NCBI GenBank assembly: GCA_951804945.1
Contig: OX638151.1
Coordinates: forward strand, 47,120,001 to 47,184,000
Direction: 5' to 3'
DNA: 64,000 nucleotides
DNA from: Podarcis cretensis
Taxonomy: Eukaryota
How positions within the stretch are numbered: position 1 is the first letter of the stretch; each line of letters opens with the position of its first letter. Shown one piece after another: positions 12,911 to 26,075 of this stretch. The translations under genes and the position numbers were made by a program. The notes beneath the pieces are model-generated. The model was not told the origin of the DNA. It worked only from the letters and a program-made list of their open reading frames with translations, and made no database searches.

Positions 12911-13741
12911 GCATCTCCTAATTGGTTTTCCTTTATAGCCAGGTTCAATAAAGTGCTTATTTATTTATTGGGGACTCCTAAACAATGTTACCAGGGATTC
13001 AAGGTAGTTGTGACACTGCAAGAACTGAACTGCAGAAATTAATCAGACATCTGTACAAGAGGGTAAGTTTGAATGATGCAATTCTTGTTGCAGAAGCAGG
13101 TTATTTCTTCTTGAAACCGAAGATGAAATAGAAAGGAAGAAAGGCAAAAGCAGAAATCTATCAAGCACAAGCTAGCTTTATTATTGTGAAAGAATATATG
13201 TAAAACATCATTTAAAATGTAGTTTAAAACCATCATTATGCGGTACAGGAAAATCAGACTATATTTTGTATAAAACACTAACTAATGTGTATTTATTTAA
13301 AAAAAAGTTATATATACTTCTAGACACAAACACCATATTGATTATATAACAGATATAAAATACAAAATGAGAAGACTAAAGATCAATATTCATTAGAAAC
13401 CGATAAATACATGATTAAAACTAGGCATAAAGCACTCAAATTATGTAAGTATATCCAAGACTGATATATACTCCATATTTTGTAATGGTCATGTGGAAAG
13501 TATTATGAAAACAAAATATTCATACATTTGTTTCTGGTTTGCAAGGATAATGACAGCTGGGGGAAAACATTTTCATATTTGGTTTTAAGTTTTCCATGGC
13601 TTTTGGTCATTCAAGTTTTCTTCAATAAAATAAGGAGTGTAATAGGTGTTAATAAAAAACATCAAGGATAACAAGACACTTAATAGAATCCAAAAGCAAT
13701 TACAAATTAATTAATTAAAAGGCGGAGACATTGCTGCTCAC

Positions 13742-13846
13742 CCCTTCTGCTTTCTCCTCTGTGTTGGCAAGCATTTCCTGGAGGGCTCGCACGGACAAGG
13801 ACTGTTCCAGCACAAAAGTGCAGATGGAGAGATCCGGAGGAACATT
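13742..13846 (-). CDS. RYR2: Ryanodine receptor 2, coding exon 3 (105 nt, phase 0/0)
   Basis: caaccag|AATGTTCCT...GAAGGG|gtgagc translates to [35 protein letters not shown] (human RyR2: [35 protein letters not shown]). Confidence 0.97.
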
Positions 13847-14714
13847 CTGGTTGCAAAAACATGATGAAGACAGCATTCAGCGAAGCACTGCTTATTATTT
13901 AGTTGTTGACAGATCATTCCTTACTTACAGGGTGTGTTAACAGAAAAATAATTTCCTCTAAATTCAATGAGACTTACCCTCTGGAGTCTAGTAAATGTGT
14001 TTAGGATTGCAGCCTTACTTAACCCAAAGAGCCATCTGAAGAAAGGCAGGGGGAGCACATGAAAACTAATTTACTCAAATAAGCTATTCTAGGAAATTCA
14101 CATTAATTAAATGAATCTGGGTGAAGATGGGATGGTGGCGACCTTACTAGTAGGAATGCATGTATACATGTAGAAAAAAGAGTCCCTACCAAGTAGTAAA
14201 GAAACCAGCCACCAGAACTTTGCTATTCAAGAGAGTAACAGATTGTCAATCACAATCAGGATTATACTGTAACATTATTTGAGATAAAATTCTACTGGCA
14301 GGAGAAGTCGTGACTGCATTTGACAGCAGTTGCAAAGTAAAATATAATGATTTTCAGTTTACAGCAGTGCTCCCACTATTATTTAATGTCTAGCACTCAC
14401 TGGCTATGTTTGGATATATGTTATACCATAGTTTATAATTACGGGAACAAGCTTTTGTGAGTCTCAGGTTTGCATGCTCTCTCTCCTCACCTCTTCTCGC
14501 AAAGCCATGGGAAGACTAGAAACAGACAGCACCAGCTTATGAAATGTTTCTGCCCCAGCTAACAAGTGTCAAGGCAAGTTAAACAGCCAAATGAGTTTGG
14601 AATCAGGGCAAGAAGTCCAGGGTACACTGCTCTGCTCCTCCTTTCCTTGATCTAAACAAAACCCAAGCTTCTAATAAAGTAACTCAATAAACTACAAAAA
14701 CAGTTACGCAGACA

Positions 14715-14960
14715 GAAAGTCAGACGACACATGGGAGCTTTCCAGTGTTTTGCGCAATCTGTCACATGTACAACTATCTGGCTGCCCGACAGAACTTGTG
14801 GTTGTGTCTTCAGTTCAATGAGCTCTTGGATCTCCACAAACAATTTCATTTCCTTGAAGCCAAGGTGGCTGAAAACCTGAGAGAGGAAGAGAGGTTTGTG
14901 GATGAGGTCTTCAGGGATGTTAGAGCTGTATCCCACTCATAGGATGACAGCTCCAATGTG
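14715..14960 (+). mobile_element. CR1-type LINE ORF1 N-terminal fragment (degenerate zinc finger plus coiled coil)
   Basis: FCAICHMYNYL...WLCLQFNELLDLHKQFHFLEAKVAENLREEERFVDEVFRD resembles the CR1 ORF1 zinc-finger/leucine-zipper region. Confidence 0.6.
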
Positions 14961-14986
14961 CGTAGAGGTGAATTTCCTGCCTAGCT

Positions 14987-15235
14987 CCCAACCTAGCAGT
15001 TCGAAAGCACGTCAAAGTGCAAGGAGATAAATAGGTACCACTCCAGTGGGAAGGTAAACAGCGTTTCTGTGTACTGTTTTGGTTCTCTGGTTTTCCAGAA
15101 GCGGCTTAGTCATGCTGGCCACATGACCCGGAAGCTGTATGCCGGCTCCCTTGGCCAATAAAGCGAGATGAGCGTCGCAACCCCAGAGTCGGTCACGACT
15201 GGACCTAATGGTCAGGGATCCCTCTACCTTTACCT
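14987..15235 (+). mobile_element. Sauria-type SINE, 5'-truncated
   Basis: Core ccaacctagcagttcgaaagcacgtcaaagtgcaag...ggacctaatggtcaggg plus acctttacct tail; high identity to the other copies in the window. Confidence 0.9.
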
Positions 15236-15566
15236 ATGATGCTTGCAAGTGTTGCCCCTCATCTAGACAGCCTAGTAGATAGTGCTGGGGTGGGGTCAAC
15301 AGTCACAGTGTACATTGACATTAATGACACAGGGTAATGTAGCTGTAGGTCCTGGGAGCAAAATGTCATCCACCTGAGTGAGAGGTCTCAAATAACTCAA
15401 GGATGAAATTACGAAGGACTGTTGGATCACATGCCTAATTGTGATAAGTGAAGATTATCAACATAGGATAAAGATATCAAGAGTGAGAGCAGAGGAACTA
15501 ATGCAGGACAAAGGGAACAAATCTTCTGTGGCATAAAAATCACAGAGGAAGAAAGTAGCAGTGAAT

Positions 15567-15651
15567 TCATTCACATTCACATTCACATTCACACACACCC
15601 ACACCCACACCCACACCCACACCCACACCCACACCCACACACACACACACC
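15567..15651. repeat. Compound microsatellite (CACATT)n-(CACACC)n-(CA)n
   Basis: Direct reading. Confidence 0.95.
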
Positions 15652-15756
15652 CTATTTATATATATATCAATTTACAAGTCATATATAAGCATGCTAAATC
15701 ACATTTTCTGGCTAACATGCATCTGGCCATCAAATAGACATATGTATAATGTATTA

Positions 15757-15998
15757 CAGTGGTACCTCAGGTTAAGTATTTAATTCGTTCTGGAGGTCTG
15801 TTCTTAACCTGAAACTGTTCTTAACCTGAAGCACCGCTTTAGCTAATGGGGCCTCCTGCTGCCGCTGTGCCACCGCTGCAAGATTTCTGTTCACATCCTG
15901 AAGCAAAGTTCTTAACCCGAGGTAATATTTCTGGGTCAGCGGAGTCTGTAACCTGAAGCGTATGTAACCTGAAGCATATGTAACCCGAGGTACCACTG
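15757..15998. mobile_element. Tc1/mariner (Tigger/pogo-like) MITE, TA TSD
   Basis: ta|cagtggtacctcaggtta...taacccgaggtaccactg|ta. Confidence 0.92.
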
Positions 15999-17631
15999 TA
16001 CTGTGATTAAATAGATTAGTGAAGGAAGCAACTCTTAAAAGCCAATAGAATTGCTAACCTAACAACTGTCTGCACAATCTTAATTGTGCTATATTGTTAG
16101 CCTTGCCTATTTTTAAGATTCCAGTTAATTAGTTTAAGTGCGTGTGTACACCATAAAATCATACCTCAAAAATTGCAGTGGCTTAATGTTCCACTACAGT
16201 ATACAAAGCCTAAGAACCAAGATTACCTAGAACCAAACATTCACATGCAAGACTCAAAAACCATAATCAGTACACAATCAAACCAACACTTCTGCTGTAA
16301 AGTTTATACACATTTTGCTTTTGGGAAGCATTTTGCTTTACTTAAATCTGGTTCAGAAAGGGATCTGGTATATTTCCTTCTGCTATATAGAACAGAGGGA
16401 GAAATTTCTTCTGTCCATGCACTCACCGTTCAGTTATCCATTTTCCAAAACCCAGAGATGTGGAAATTTAGCTATCCTTTTGAAATCAAAACTAGGTGCT
16501 GTAATTTGCTTGTCACATAAGTGACAGCAACCCAGAATGGTTTTTATAATTTAACATCTTTATGTTGCTTACCAGTCTGGGTTTTTTTTACTTAAAATGA
16601 TTTGAATATTTCTTTTATAGAATCATCATATTACAGGATATGCAACATATTTATCTAACAGTTGCAGTTTTAAAGAAATAGTAAAGATCAGCCTCCCCCT
16701 GAACACCAAATAATATTCATACTGCTTTGCATAATAATGTACACATTATAAAGAAGCCAGCAACCATGACTGCATGACTTCACTGTTATCTGCTTGTGCT
16801 TCTAAATGCATTTTCCTGACATACCCACACCTCTCCTTTTCCTAACTGCAGCTCCTTGTTTTTCTTGTACTTGCAGTTAGATTCACAACTTAGATTCATA
16901 AAGCTTTTAACAAATATTATGATCCGCTTTTGTGCTTTTACATTTTTCTATCACAGTATTTTATTTATTGAAGGAACAGTTAAAATAGTATCAACTATAA
17001 AACACTGAGGGAAACCAGTTCATTTATTTAGGACACACTCCTTTATCTCTGGGAGACGGGGATTTGAATAAACAGCCATTATTGTTCTTATAATAAATTT
17101 AATTTAACTCCTTTCCTCCTACGTAAACCAGAGCCTCTAGGAATAAAGTATTTTCTTAACTATAGACAAATTGTTTCTAAATGTTTCACTGATTCTGTTT
17201 GTGATACTGAGTGCTTCACACTTGAAAAGGATCATTGCATCGAGTACAGAAGCTTCAATCAGCTAAATGATAAACAGCCCAAATGAGCTATTATAGGCAA
17301 TTGAGTAATCTGAAGTAGTTTAAGGAAGCTGCAATTGCATATACACACACACACAACAGCCTGAAGGATATTATGGTCGTTTTTATCATCTAATGCAAAA
17401 ATAGGCCAGCTCTGGTGGTAAGTCACTGCTATCTTTTATCTTGTTTTTGACACCACAAAAAAACTTTAAAGAAAAACTCCCAAGAGGATCTAATGTTTAA
17501 TGTATTTCATGCTGGATTATGAAAACTTTATAGATCTTGACTGTAATGCTATTTTTATTCTGAATAGCTGTAGAAAAATTGTATTTGTTTTATTTATTGT
17601 ATTTGATCTTATATAATATCTTATCTCTTTT

Positions 17632-19371
17632 TTTATATAATAATTTTTATTAATTTTCCAAACAAATAATAAGAACAGTATAGAACAGTATAACTTCAAG
17701 CTCATCAGTTCATACCCTTCTTTCTTTGACTCCCCCATACCTCCCCATCCCTGCATCCTTGTTTAATAATTCTTTAGCAACCCTTAGGTCCATTGTCTTA
17801 ATTCCCTTTCATAAAAACTTCTTAAGTTTTTTTGTTTACTGCTGCAATTCTTTACTTCTTACCCCCTGACATCTTAACATTCCTCAATTTTGCAATTATT
17901 TTTAAGATATATTTTGAATTTCTTCCAGTCCTCTTCCACTGTCTCTTTCCCCTGGTCCCGGATTCTGCCCGTCATCTCGGCCAGTCCCATAAAGTCAATC
18001 ACCTTTGTTTGCCATTCTTCCAGAGTAGGTAGTTCTTGCGTCTTCCAATACTTTGCCAGTAGAATTCTTGCTGCTGTAGTGGCATACATAAAGATAATCC
18101 TATCCTTCCTTGGCACCACTTGGCCCACCATGCCCAAGAGGAAAGCCTCTGGTTTCTTAGGAAAAGTCCACTTAAGGACCTTCTTAATTTCATTATAGAT
18201 CATTTCCCAGAAAGCTTTAACCTTTGGGCAGGTCCACCAAAGGTGGTAGAAAGTGCCTTCAGTCTCATTACATTTCCAACACTTATTATTAGGCAAATGA
18301 TAAATTTTTGCAAGCTTGACTGGGGTCATGTACCACCGGTAGATCATTTTCATAATATTTTCTTTTAAGGCATTACATGCAGTAAATTTAATACCGGTGG
18401 TCCATAACTGTTCCCAGTCAGCAAACATAATATCATGACCGATATCTTGTGCCCATTTAATCATAGCTGATTTCACCGTTTCATCCTGTGTATTCCATTT
18501 TAACAGCAAGTTATACATTTTTGATAAGTTCTTAGTATTGGGTTCCAACAATTCTGTTTCTAGTTTTGACTTCTCTTTCTGAAATCCTATTTTCCTGTCC
18601 TGTTTAAACGTCTCATTTATCTGATGGTAATGCAACCAATCTCGAACCTTAGGCTTTAGTTTCTCATAACTCTGAAGTTTCACCCTTTCGCCATCATATT
18701 CTAAAATCTCATGATATTTTGGCCATTTAGAATCCATATTAAGCTTTTTTACTTCCCTAGCTTCCATTGGTGACACCCACCTAGGGGTTTTACTTTCCAA
18801 CAAATCTTTGTATCTAATCCAAACGTTATACAATGCTTTCCTTACAATATGGTTTTTAAAACTTTTATACACCTTTACCTTGTCGTACCATAAGTATGCA
18901 TGCCAACCAAAACTATTGTCGTACCCTTCCAGATCCAAAATGTCGGTGTTCTCAAGAAGTAGCCAGTGTTTCAACCAGCAGAAAGCTGCTGATTCATAAT
19001 AAAGTCTTAAGTCCGGCAGGGCAAACCCCCCTCTATCCTTTGCATCAGTTAAAATCTTAAATTTAATTCTGGGCTTTTTGCCCTGCCAGACAAATTTTGA
19101 TATATCTTTCTGCCACTTCTTGAAACAGTCCATCTTGTCCACAATCTGCAACGTCTGGAATAAAAACAGCATTCTAGGCAATACATTCATCTTAATAGTA
19201 GCAATTCGGCCTAACAAGGAAAGTTTCAACCTTGACCATATTTCCAGATCCTTTTTAACATCTGACCAACATTTTTCATAATTATCCTTAAATAAGTTCA
19301 CATTCTTGGATGTTAAGTTTACCCCCAGGTATTTTACCCTTTTTGTTATTTCCAAGCCTGTTTCATTCTGA
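17632..19371 (-). mobile_element. 5'-truncated L1-clade LINE (ORF2 3' portion, 3' UTR, short A tail) with ~21-bp TSD
   Basis: Uninterrupted ~498-codon frame 17874-19370 with RT thumb motif KYLGV, GGFALPDLRLYYESA and C-terminal CWKCx8Hx4C knuckle. AATAAA on the minus strand at 17646-17651. Direct repeat atataatatcttatctctttt at 17611-17631 and 19372-19392. Confidence 0.93.
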
Positions 19372-19420
19372 ATATAATATCTTATCTCTTTTCCGCCAAG
19401 GAGCTCAAAGTAGCACTCAT

Positions 19421-19734
19421 GGTTGCCAATCAGAAGGTCAGTGGTTCGAATCCCCACAACGGGGTGAGCTCCCGTTGCTCGGTCCCTGCTCCTGCCAACC
19501 TAGCAGTTCGAAAGCATGTCAAAGTGCAAGTAGATAAATAGGTACCATGCCAGCGGGAAGTGAAACGGCGTTTCCGTGCGCTGCTCTGGTTCGCCAGAAG
19601 CAGCTCAGTCATGCTGGCCACATGACCTGGAAGCTGTACGCCGGCTCCCTCGGCCAATAAAGCAAGATGAGCGCCGCAACCCCAGAGTCGGCCACAACTG
19701 GACCTAATGGTCAGGGGTCCCTTTACCTTTACCT
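19421..19734 (+). mobile_element. Sauria-type SINE, head partly missing
   Basis: B-box ggttcgaatcc, conserved body, (acctt)n tail. Confidence 0.92.
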
Positions 19735-20184
19735 AGGGCTTACTTCTATATGTGGTTATTGTACCACACCAGCCCATATAATAAGTGCTTATATGTTTAA
19801 GGTTTAGGTCAAGTGCTTATATGTTTAAGTATTTGCACAACTACAATGTTAAGCTGCCCGTTTCTTTGTGAGGGTGGAGGAAGAATGAGGGAGAGAACAA
19901 CATGTGGAAGCCATACAACTCTTCTCCCACCAGAGAGGCAATTGTAAGTACTTCTTGGTTTAATTAGGTGCTAAGTATTTGTACAACTGCAATACCTCAA
20001 TGTCCACAATATTGTTGCAAGGGAGGAGGATGGAGAGCAAATCAGAAGTTGTCCCCACACACATGATATCCTCGGGCCCTAAGATGTCCTACCAGGGCTG
20101 GATCTAGACACATCAAGGAAGTGTTTCAGTTCAACACGTTGTAAACTCATACAAGGAAATCCGGTTGGGAAAGACAGGACTCCA

Positions 20185-20200
20185 CAGCGCCACCTGGTGT
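20185..20200 (-). promoter_or_regulatory. Strong CTCF-like motif
   Basis: Minus strand ACACCAGGTGGCGCTG (one mismatch to the core). Confidence 0.45.
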
Positions 20201-21622
20201 CTCAGTGTTATACTGCATATACAATGCATATGAAACACGTTTTCTTTACGAGTCCCAGGTCCAGAGTCCATCAGTCGCCGTGTGTGCCAGCTGCAGTTTA
20301 CATGACTCAACCCAAATTAAAGCCCAAGATTTACTGCTCACCTGCCCCAGTTGCTCACTCTGCAAGATTATTTCTCAAGTAGTGCAGTGACTATGAAACC
20401 ACTGCGACTTGCGAAGCATGAACGACAGCAAATCTCCATACAAGCAAGGAAGCATTCCCTTCACAAAAAAGTATTCTCATCTTCTGCTTTTTTCTTCGGA
20501 TAAAAAAGTCTTGCTTGTCTTGGGTTGATATCTATCTACCCAGTTCCTTCTCCTTGTCATTTCTTTTATAAAGTCCTAGCTCCTATCCTCATTGTGCTTG
20601 TCCTTTAGCTCCTTTAGTTTTTGCATCTCATTTATGTGATAAAGCAGTTTCCATGCACTCTTCTTCTTCACCATCATCTTCTCCATTTTTACCCTACCCA
20701 TCTTTTTTTTTAAACTCCATTGTCACTGTTTCTTTTTTACTTCCTTTTCTCTCAGTGAGACCCCTTATACATGCTTTAAAAAGACTGCTCTTTCTTCAAC
20801 CTTCCCTTTTTCTTATGCTTTCCCTTTCTACTGGGATACTCCCACCACTGAGGGCTAAAGCCAGACATACTGGAAAGAGCTGTAAATTACTGGCAGAAAA
20901 AACCCATAATGTCTCCACTTTATGATCTACTTCTGAACTTAGAATTGGTTAGATCTGTCACCTGTTCTTTCCTATATTAATTTTTTCCTAAATGCATCTT
21001 AGTTTTCTAGATGCCTGAGAAGCACCTGCTATTCTTAAGTCTTTAAAAAGAAACCAACTAAAGAAAAAGAAATGGTAATATGATTACATGGACATCTTAC
21101 TTATGGACCAACAGTGAAGTACTGGGGAGGATACATTTGTTGTTTAATTAAAATTTATTTGCTAAATAATATTTTATAAAACTATAGAATACTGACTTTA
21201 CCTATCCTTACATATTTTATTACTGGGAATTATTCAGTTACAAGTGAGCAGGACAGATGAAATCCTCAGAACCACTGCTATTATAATGAATCATTAATAT
21301 TCCAATTAATTTTTTATAATGATGAATAATACAGTCAAAATGATGACTGACTGAAAGTAAAACATTAGTCTGCACCACAGTGGAGATAATAAATTTAATT
21401 AAGGTTGTGCTGAAGGAATCTGTAGGCAGAGGGGAAAATAAAGGCCTTATTTGCAAGATTATTTTAGTATATTTCCTTTACTTGCCAAAATTTAAAATTT
21501 TATTCAAAACTAAATAAATAATGAACAGCCCACAGATAACTACTGCTGCTTACTTCCTTTTAACAGATTAAATTGTCAGAATTCACTGAATCCTTTATTT
21601 GCCTCAACTGATTCCTATAATG

Positions 21623-21826
21623 CAGGGCTGTCCAAGAGGTCGATCATGATCTACTGGTCAATGACACAGGATGCCCCTGCCAATGGCTTCCTTAAGAAAA
21701 GCTCAACAACTTTGATGAAGCTTTCCCAAAAAATCTCAACAACTCTGGTCAATCCAATGGGTAGATCACTGCCAGTCTTTTTATAGTGGTTGTAGATCGT
21801 AGTCTCTTGGAAGATGGACAGCCCTG
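21623..21826. mobile_element. hAT-type MITE
   Basis: TIR cagggctgtcca/tggacagccctg; TSD ctataatg/ctatagtg. Confidence 0.88.
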
Positions 21827-22997
21827 CTATAGTGGAAGCCAAAACATTTTAGGTACAAAATGTTTTTCTTCAAAAATCTTTGACTGGCAGACTCCCATTT
21901 GATAGCACAGATTATGAAGATAGCCATGTGAGGAAAGGTGATTTCTGATAAGTCTCTGCTGTGTAGACCCTGGATCCATTTTCACCTACGACTGTCTCAA
22001 GAGCATGGGGATAGGGACCCTGTGGTAAGGGCATTTGCTTCAAGTACAGATTATGAAGATTGGAGGGTAACGTCAGCACCAATGAGATTGACAATAGTCA
22101 GAAAAGGATTCTGCAGACAATTTAAATACATACAAATCTCCATGATGCTTTGCTTTCCTGTGCTCCACATGACATGGTACAAGTATTTATTGTTCTTATT
22201 GCTCTTATTTATTGCATTTCTATACCGCCCTTCATCCGAAAATCACAGGGCAGGTTACAATATAAAAGTACCTGCAGTCTGCAGACCTACACACAGCAAA
22301 GCATCATGAATCCCACAAAACTTAGGAAGAATGATATTTGATCAGTACACTAGTACCAGCTGACTGGCAATGGCTGCCATATTAGCTGTTAATATGCTAT
22401 GAAACTTGAAGAGGACAAATATCACTTGGATAAGATGTTTTTTATTTAACCTCACTCTCCACCCTGAACACCTTGCACTAGAAAATTTAAATTAGCATTC
22501 TCCCAAAAAAAAGGAAAGGCAGCAAATTAATCTAATTCACACATTTTCTCCACATGCCCATCAATAAGATAACAATACACAAGCAATCTGTAATACATGG
22601 GCTGAAATCAGCACCACATGAGCAAACTTCCACCTACAGTCCCTCCATCCTCAAAATTAGCTCTGGAGAGTCCAGAGTAGATTGTGGAGAAGCGGGGAGG
22701 GGCTGTAGGGTGAAGGAGAAGAAGGTCACACAGCCTTCTTCAAAGGTTTCTGTATGATAATAGTTGTTCAGAATTTAGCTTGTCATTATGTATATTAACA
22801 TCAGGTTTATTTGCTGGGTATAATATGTTGTGAATTATATAAGAAAAACATAATGTGCTGGAATGCAACTCAACTCTGCCTGCTGTAACATTGATGCACT
22901 TAGTCTGCATCATAGAGGACAACATTCCAACAAGAATAAAAGGTCTGTTATGTCGGTAATGTTCAACACTGCATTAGAACAAAATAGTTTACGGTAC

Positions 22998-23117
22998 CTT
23001 AGAATTTGAAGTGGATTCCAAGAAGCAGAGCCTGTTGCCAAATCCTTCTGCGGCAAGGCACAATTTCTGTTGTTCTTTGTGAACAGTAGCAGTGCACTGC
23101 AGAACCACTTCATCATC
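22998..23117 (-). CDS. RYR2: Ryanodine receptor 2, coding exon 2 (120 nt, phase 0/0)
   Basis: Minus strand reads ...ccttcaatag|GATGATGAAGTG...TCTAAG|gtaccg and translates to [40 protein letters not shown], matching human RyR2 residues ~17-56 as recalled (I28 is V here). A polypyrimidine tract lies upstream. Confidence 0.97.
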
Positions 23118-23511
23118 CTATTGAAGGACGGAGACAAAAAAAAAAAGAACATTGTTAGAACTCTTATGCTACAAAAACTTTGGGATGCATTTCCAAATAC
23201 GCACTGGTCAAGCATGGACAGCAAAAATAAATGCCAGAGTAGTTTTTATTCATTTCATTGAGTGCATGAATGATTCAAAAGGAAAATCAGAAGCAATGTA
23301 GCAAAGCATTGTCCATGCCGAAAACCAATTCCCAAACCTAACTACTCCCGCAAGCCAAAACACTAGGGAGTGATTATGTTGGTACCTCTTTCCATCTCAC
23401 AATTCTAAAGCAAGACCAGAGCCTCCATAGAAGCAGAAGTCATGGCAACTGGAATGTTCACCCAGAGCATCCAGAATTCCTTTAAATCTCCAAGGGTAGA
23501 CCAGCTCAGTG

Positions 23512-23646
23512 GGTCCCTTGGAGGTATTTAAGCAGAGGTTGGATGGCCATCTGTCATGTATGATCTAGCTAAGATTCTTGCATTGTAGGGGTTGGACTAG
23601 ATGATCCTCGGGATCCCTTCCAACTCTACAATTCTATTATTCTATT
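23512..23646 (+). mobile_element. CR1 3' end
   Basis: ttggaggtatttaagcagaggttggatggccatctgtca...cccttccaactctacaattctattattctat. Confidence 0.8.
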
Positions 23647-25929
23647 ACCTAATTTGGAAATGGCTGTTCCCACAGCACTTATTTTACTAATCTGTTTCGA
23701 GATTGTTGGTGCTGCGTAAAAGGCTCTGTCTGGGAGCACTTACATACTATGGCTTAATTGATCATAGGGAATAAAGTTTAATTAATTTAAATATATTGAG
23801 ACAAATGAAAAACTAAATTCTGAACACAGAGGATATTAGAGGGTTTAGATTTGTAATACAGATTAAAACCTTTATGTATATAGCAGCCCTGAGCTTGTCA
23901 AACATAAAGACATGTGGCTAAGGCATAAAATCATTACTATCGTTTTGATCAAGAACAAGGTTACACAACAGCACAGAGATAATATAGGCTATGTGCATCA
24001 ACATTGCACAAAGTCTCCAAGTCTTGCCATTAATCTCATCTTTGCTGTCCTGATTCCGGAGTTGCCAGATTGAAATGAAGCACTGAGAGAATATTAATGT
24101 GCTCAGCACTGACAGCTTGGTATCAAGACCGGCTTTTGCATAGTCAGCAGAGCACTTCTACTTCAATCATGCAACTGAGTTAAAACTGACTATGCATTTA
24201 TCTGCAATCATAACTGTAACCCTCAATTTGTTAAGTGACTTCCATGAATCCACAGTCTTTAGCAATACTTGAAAAGTGGATGGAAAGGTTTGTGGATTTG
24301 CCTCATATTATTGCTGTTTCTCACTTACCATCTTAAATTCTCTATTGTGCCAAGTCACTATGAAACAATGTCAAATCGCTTCTAGCAGACAGTGGCATTA
24401 TGTGCTCTTGATTGATTCCTAATAAAAAATGTTCATGCAACTGATCATATTTTCATTAGGGATGACTCATACTAATATTGTTGCTGATATGTTTTTGAAG
24501 TTATAAGACCAAAAAAATCAAGTTGAGCTGTCAGATATGAACAGTAATTGCAGTATCTGCTTGAGGTATTGCTTAACAAGAGCAAACCTGGTGATTCTGA
24601 GTGGGGTTGCTCAGACTCCGATTCACTCTGAAGCTGGTTTAGCCACACACACACAGAGTAGCTGTCAAAACCACATCTACCTAAGAGGGGGTGCTAGAAA
24701 GACCCTTACCATATGCTTTATCCTTGTTGTTCATCTATAGTATCTGAAGGTTAACATGAAACATCCCTAATGACATGTGTCCTCCAGATGTTACTAGATA
24801 CAGTTTCCATCAACCCCAGGAAGCACAGCCAACGAATAGGAATGACAGTCACACTAGAAGTTTCAATAGATGGAGAACAATCCATAAAAGAACATTCTAA
24901 TGCAGGACAATACCGGCCATAAACCAAAATACTACCCACGACTGAAATAAGCACCTCATGGTCTTAGGCAAGACACAACATTGTTCCCTCAGCCTCAGGT
25001 CACCAAATATAAGACAAAGATGATGCTGAACTACTTTACGGAGCCGTTGTAAAGATTACATATTAATGTGGCTAATGACTCCAAACCCTGCTGCAGAACA
25101 GGCAACATTTGCTGCTATCAACAATTGCAAACTCATTGATGGCTTGCGTCACCCACTGCAGGAAGAGGTCACAGGCTAACTACATCCACTCAGAGGGCAA
25201 GGTTACTCAACTGAGCAGGTCCATCAGAGTGTTGTCATATCCAACCAAGAACCTTTTGCGCAGGTAGGATGACTTAAACTTTGTCTCCAAGAAGCCTTTG
25301 GGCCTTGGCAGAGCCCAAAGCAACCTCCAATGTCTGTGTTGCTGGGAAGTGGGAGGCTAGGCAGTTGGAGGAAGTTCTGTAGCAGAGGTGATATGCAGCA
25401 AAAATAGAATGCTGCATCTCAAAACCCATGCAATAAGTCATATTACATCTTTTAGACTCTGTCCAATGCCTTATCCAACTTCATGTTAAAGAGCTCTGTA
25501 CCATCAAACAGAAGATCTTTAGCTTCCTGAATCAGTCTAGATAACCACAGTCATGCTGGCACAGGGCTAATAAACAGACCCTTACTTCAGAATTATTCTG
25601 TAAACCACCCTGTGATCTTCAGATGAAGGGCATTATATAAATTTAATAAACATCAATAACAACTGCAAACATCCATGTGCCCAGATTAGAGGATTTCGTT
25701 CTTGGCCATGTGATCCATCTCCTGCTAGAATATCTTAACAGCTTCTCATTCATCATCCAGATGTTCAAAAAAGGAACAAGCTGTTTCCCACGAGGAGTGC
25801 TGGAAATAAGATATACAGATCTGGTACCTTTGTAGCATTGTAGAGAGACAATGCTATTTAAAAAAACATATGGTCCATACAATCCAACCCTCACAATCTG
25901 TAGCTGCAGTGTGGACATTTTGATGGACT

Positions 25930-26075
25930 TGGGTGGTTAGAGTGTAGTGCTGATAATGCCAATGTCATGGGTTTGATCCTCATAAGGGTCATCCACATAT
26001 TCCTGCATTGCAGTGGGAAGGACTAGATGACTCTCAGGGTCCCTTCCAACTCTACAATTCTATGGTTCTATGAAT
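25930..26075 (+). mobile_element. tRNA-derived SINE with CR1-type tail
   Basis: A/B-box-like head ggttagagtg...ggtttgatcc; tail cccttccaactctacaattctatggttctatga. Confidence 0.7.

Noticed and set aside
17874-19457. 527-aa ORF as a host gene or domesticated protein
   Set aside because: It is truncated L1 ORF2 lacking the endonuclease and RT catalytic core. Its first ~29 residues are read-through from the flanking SINE and TSD.
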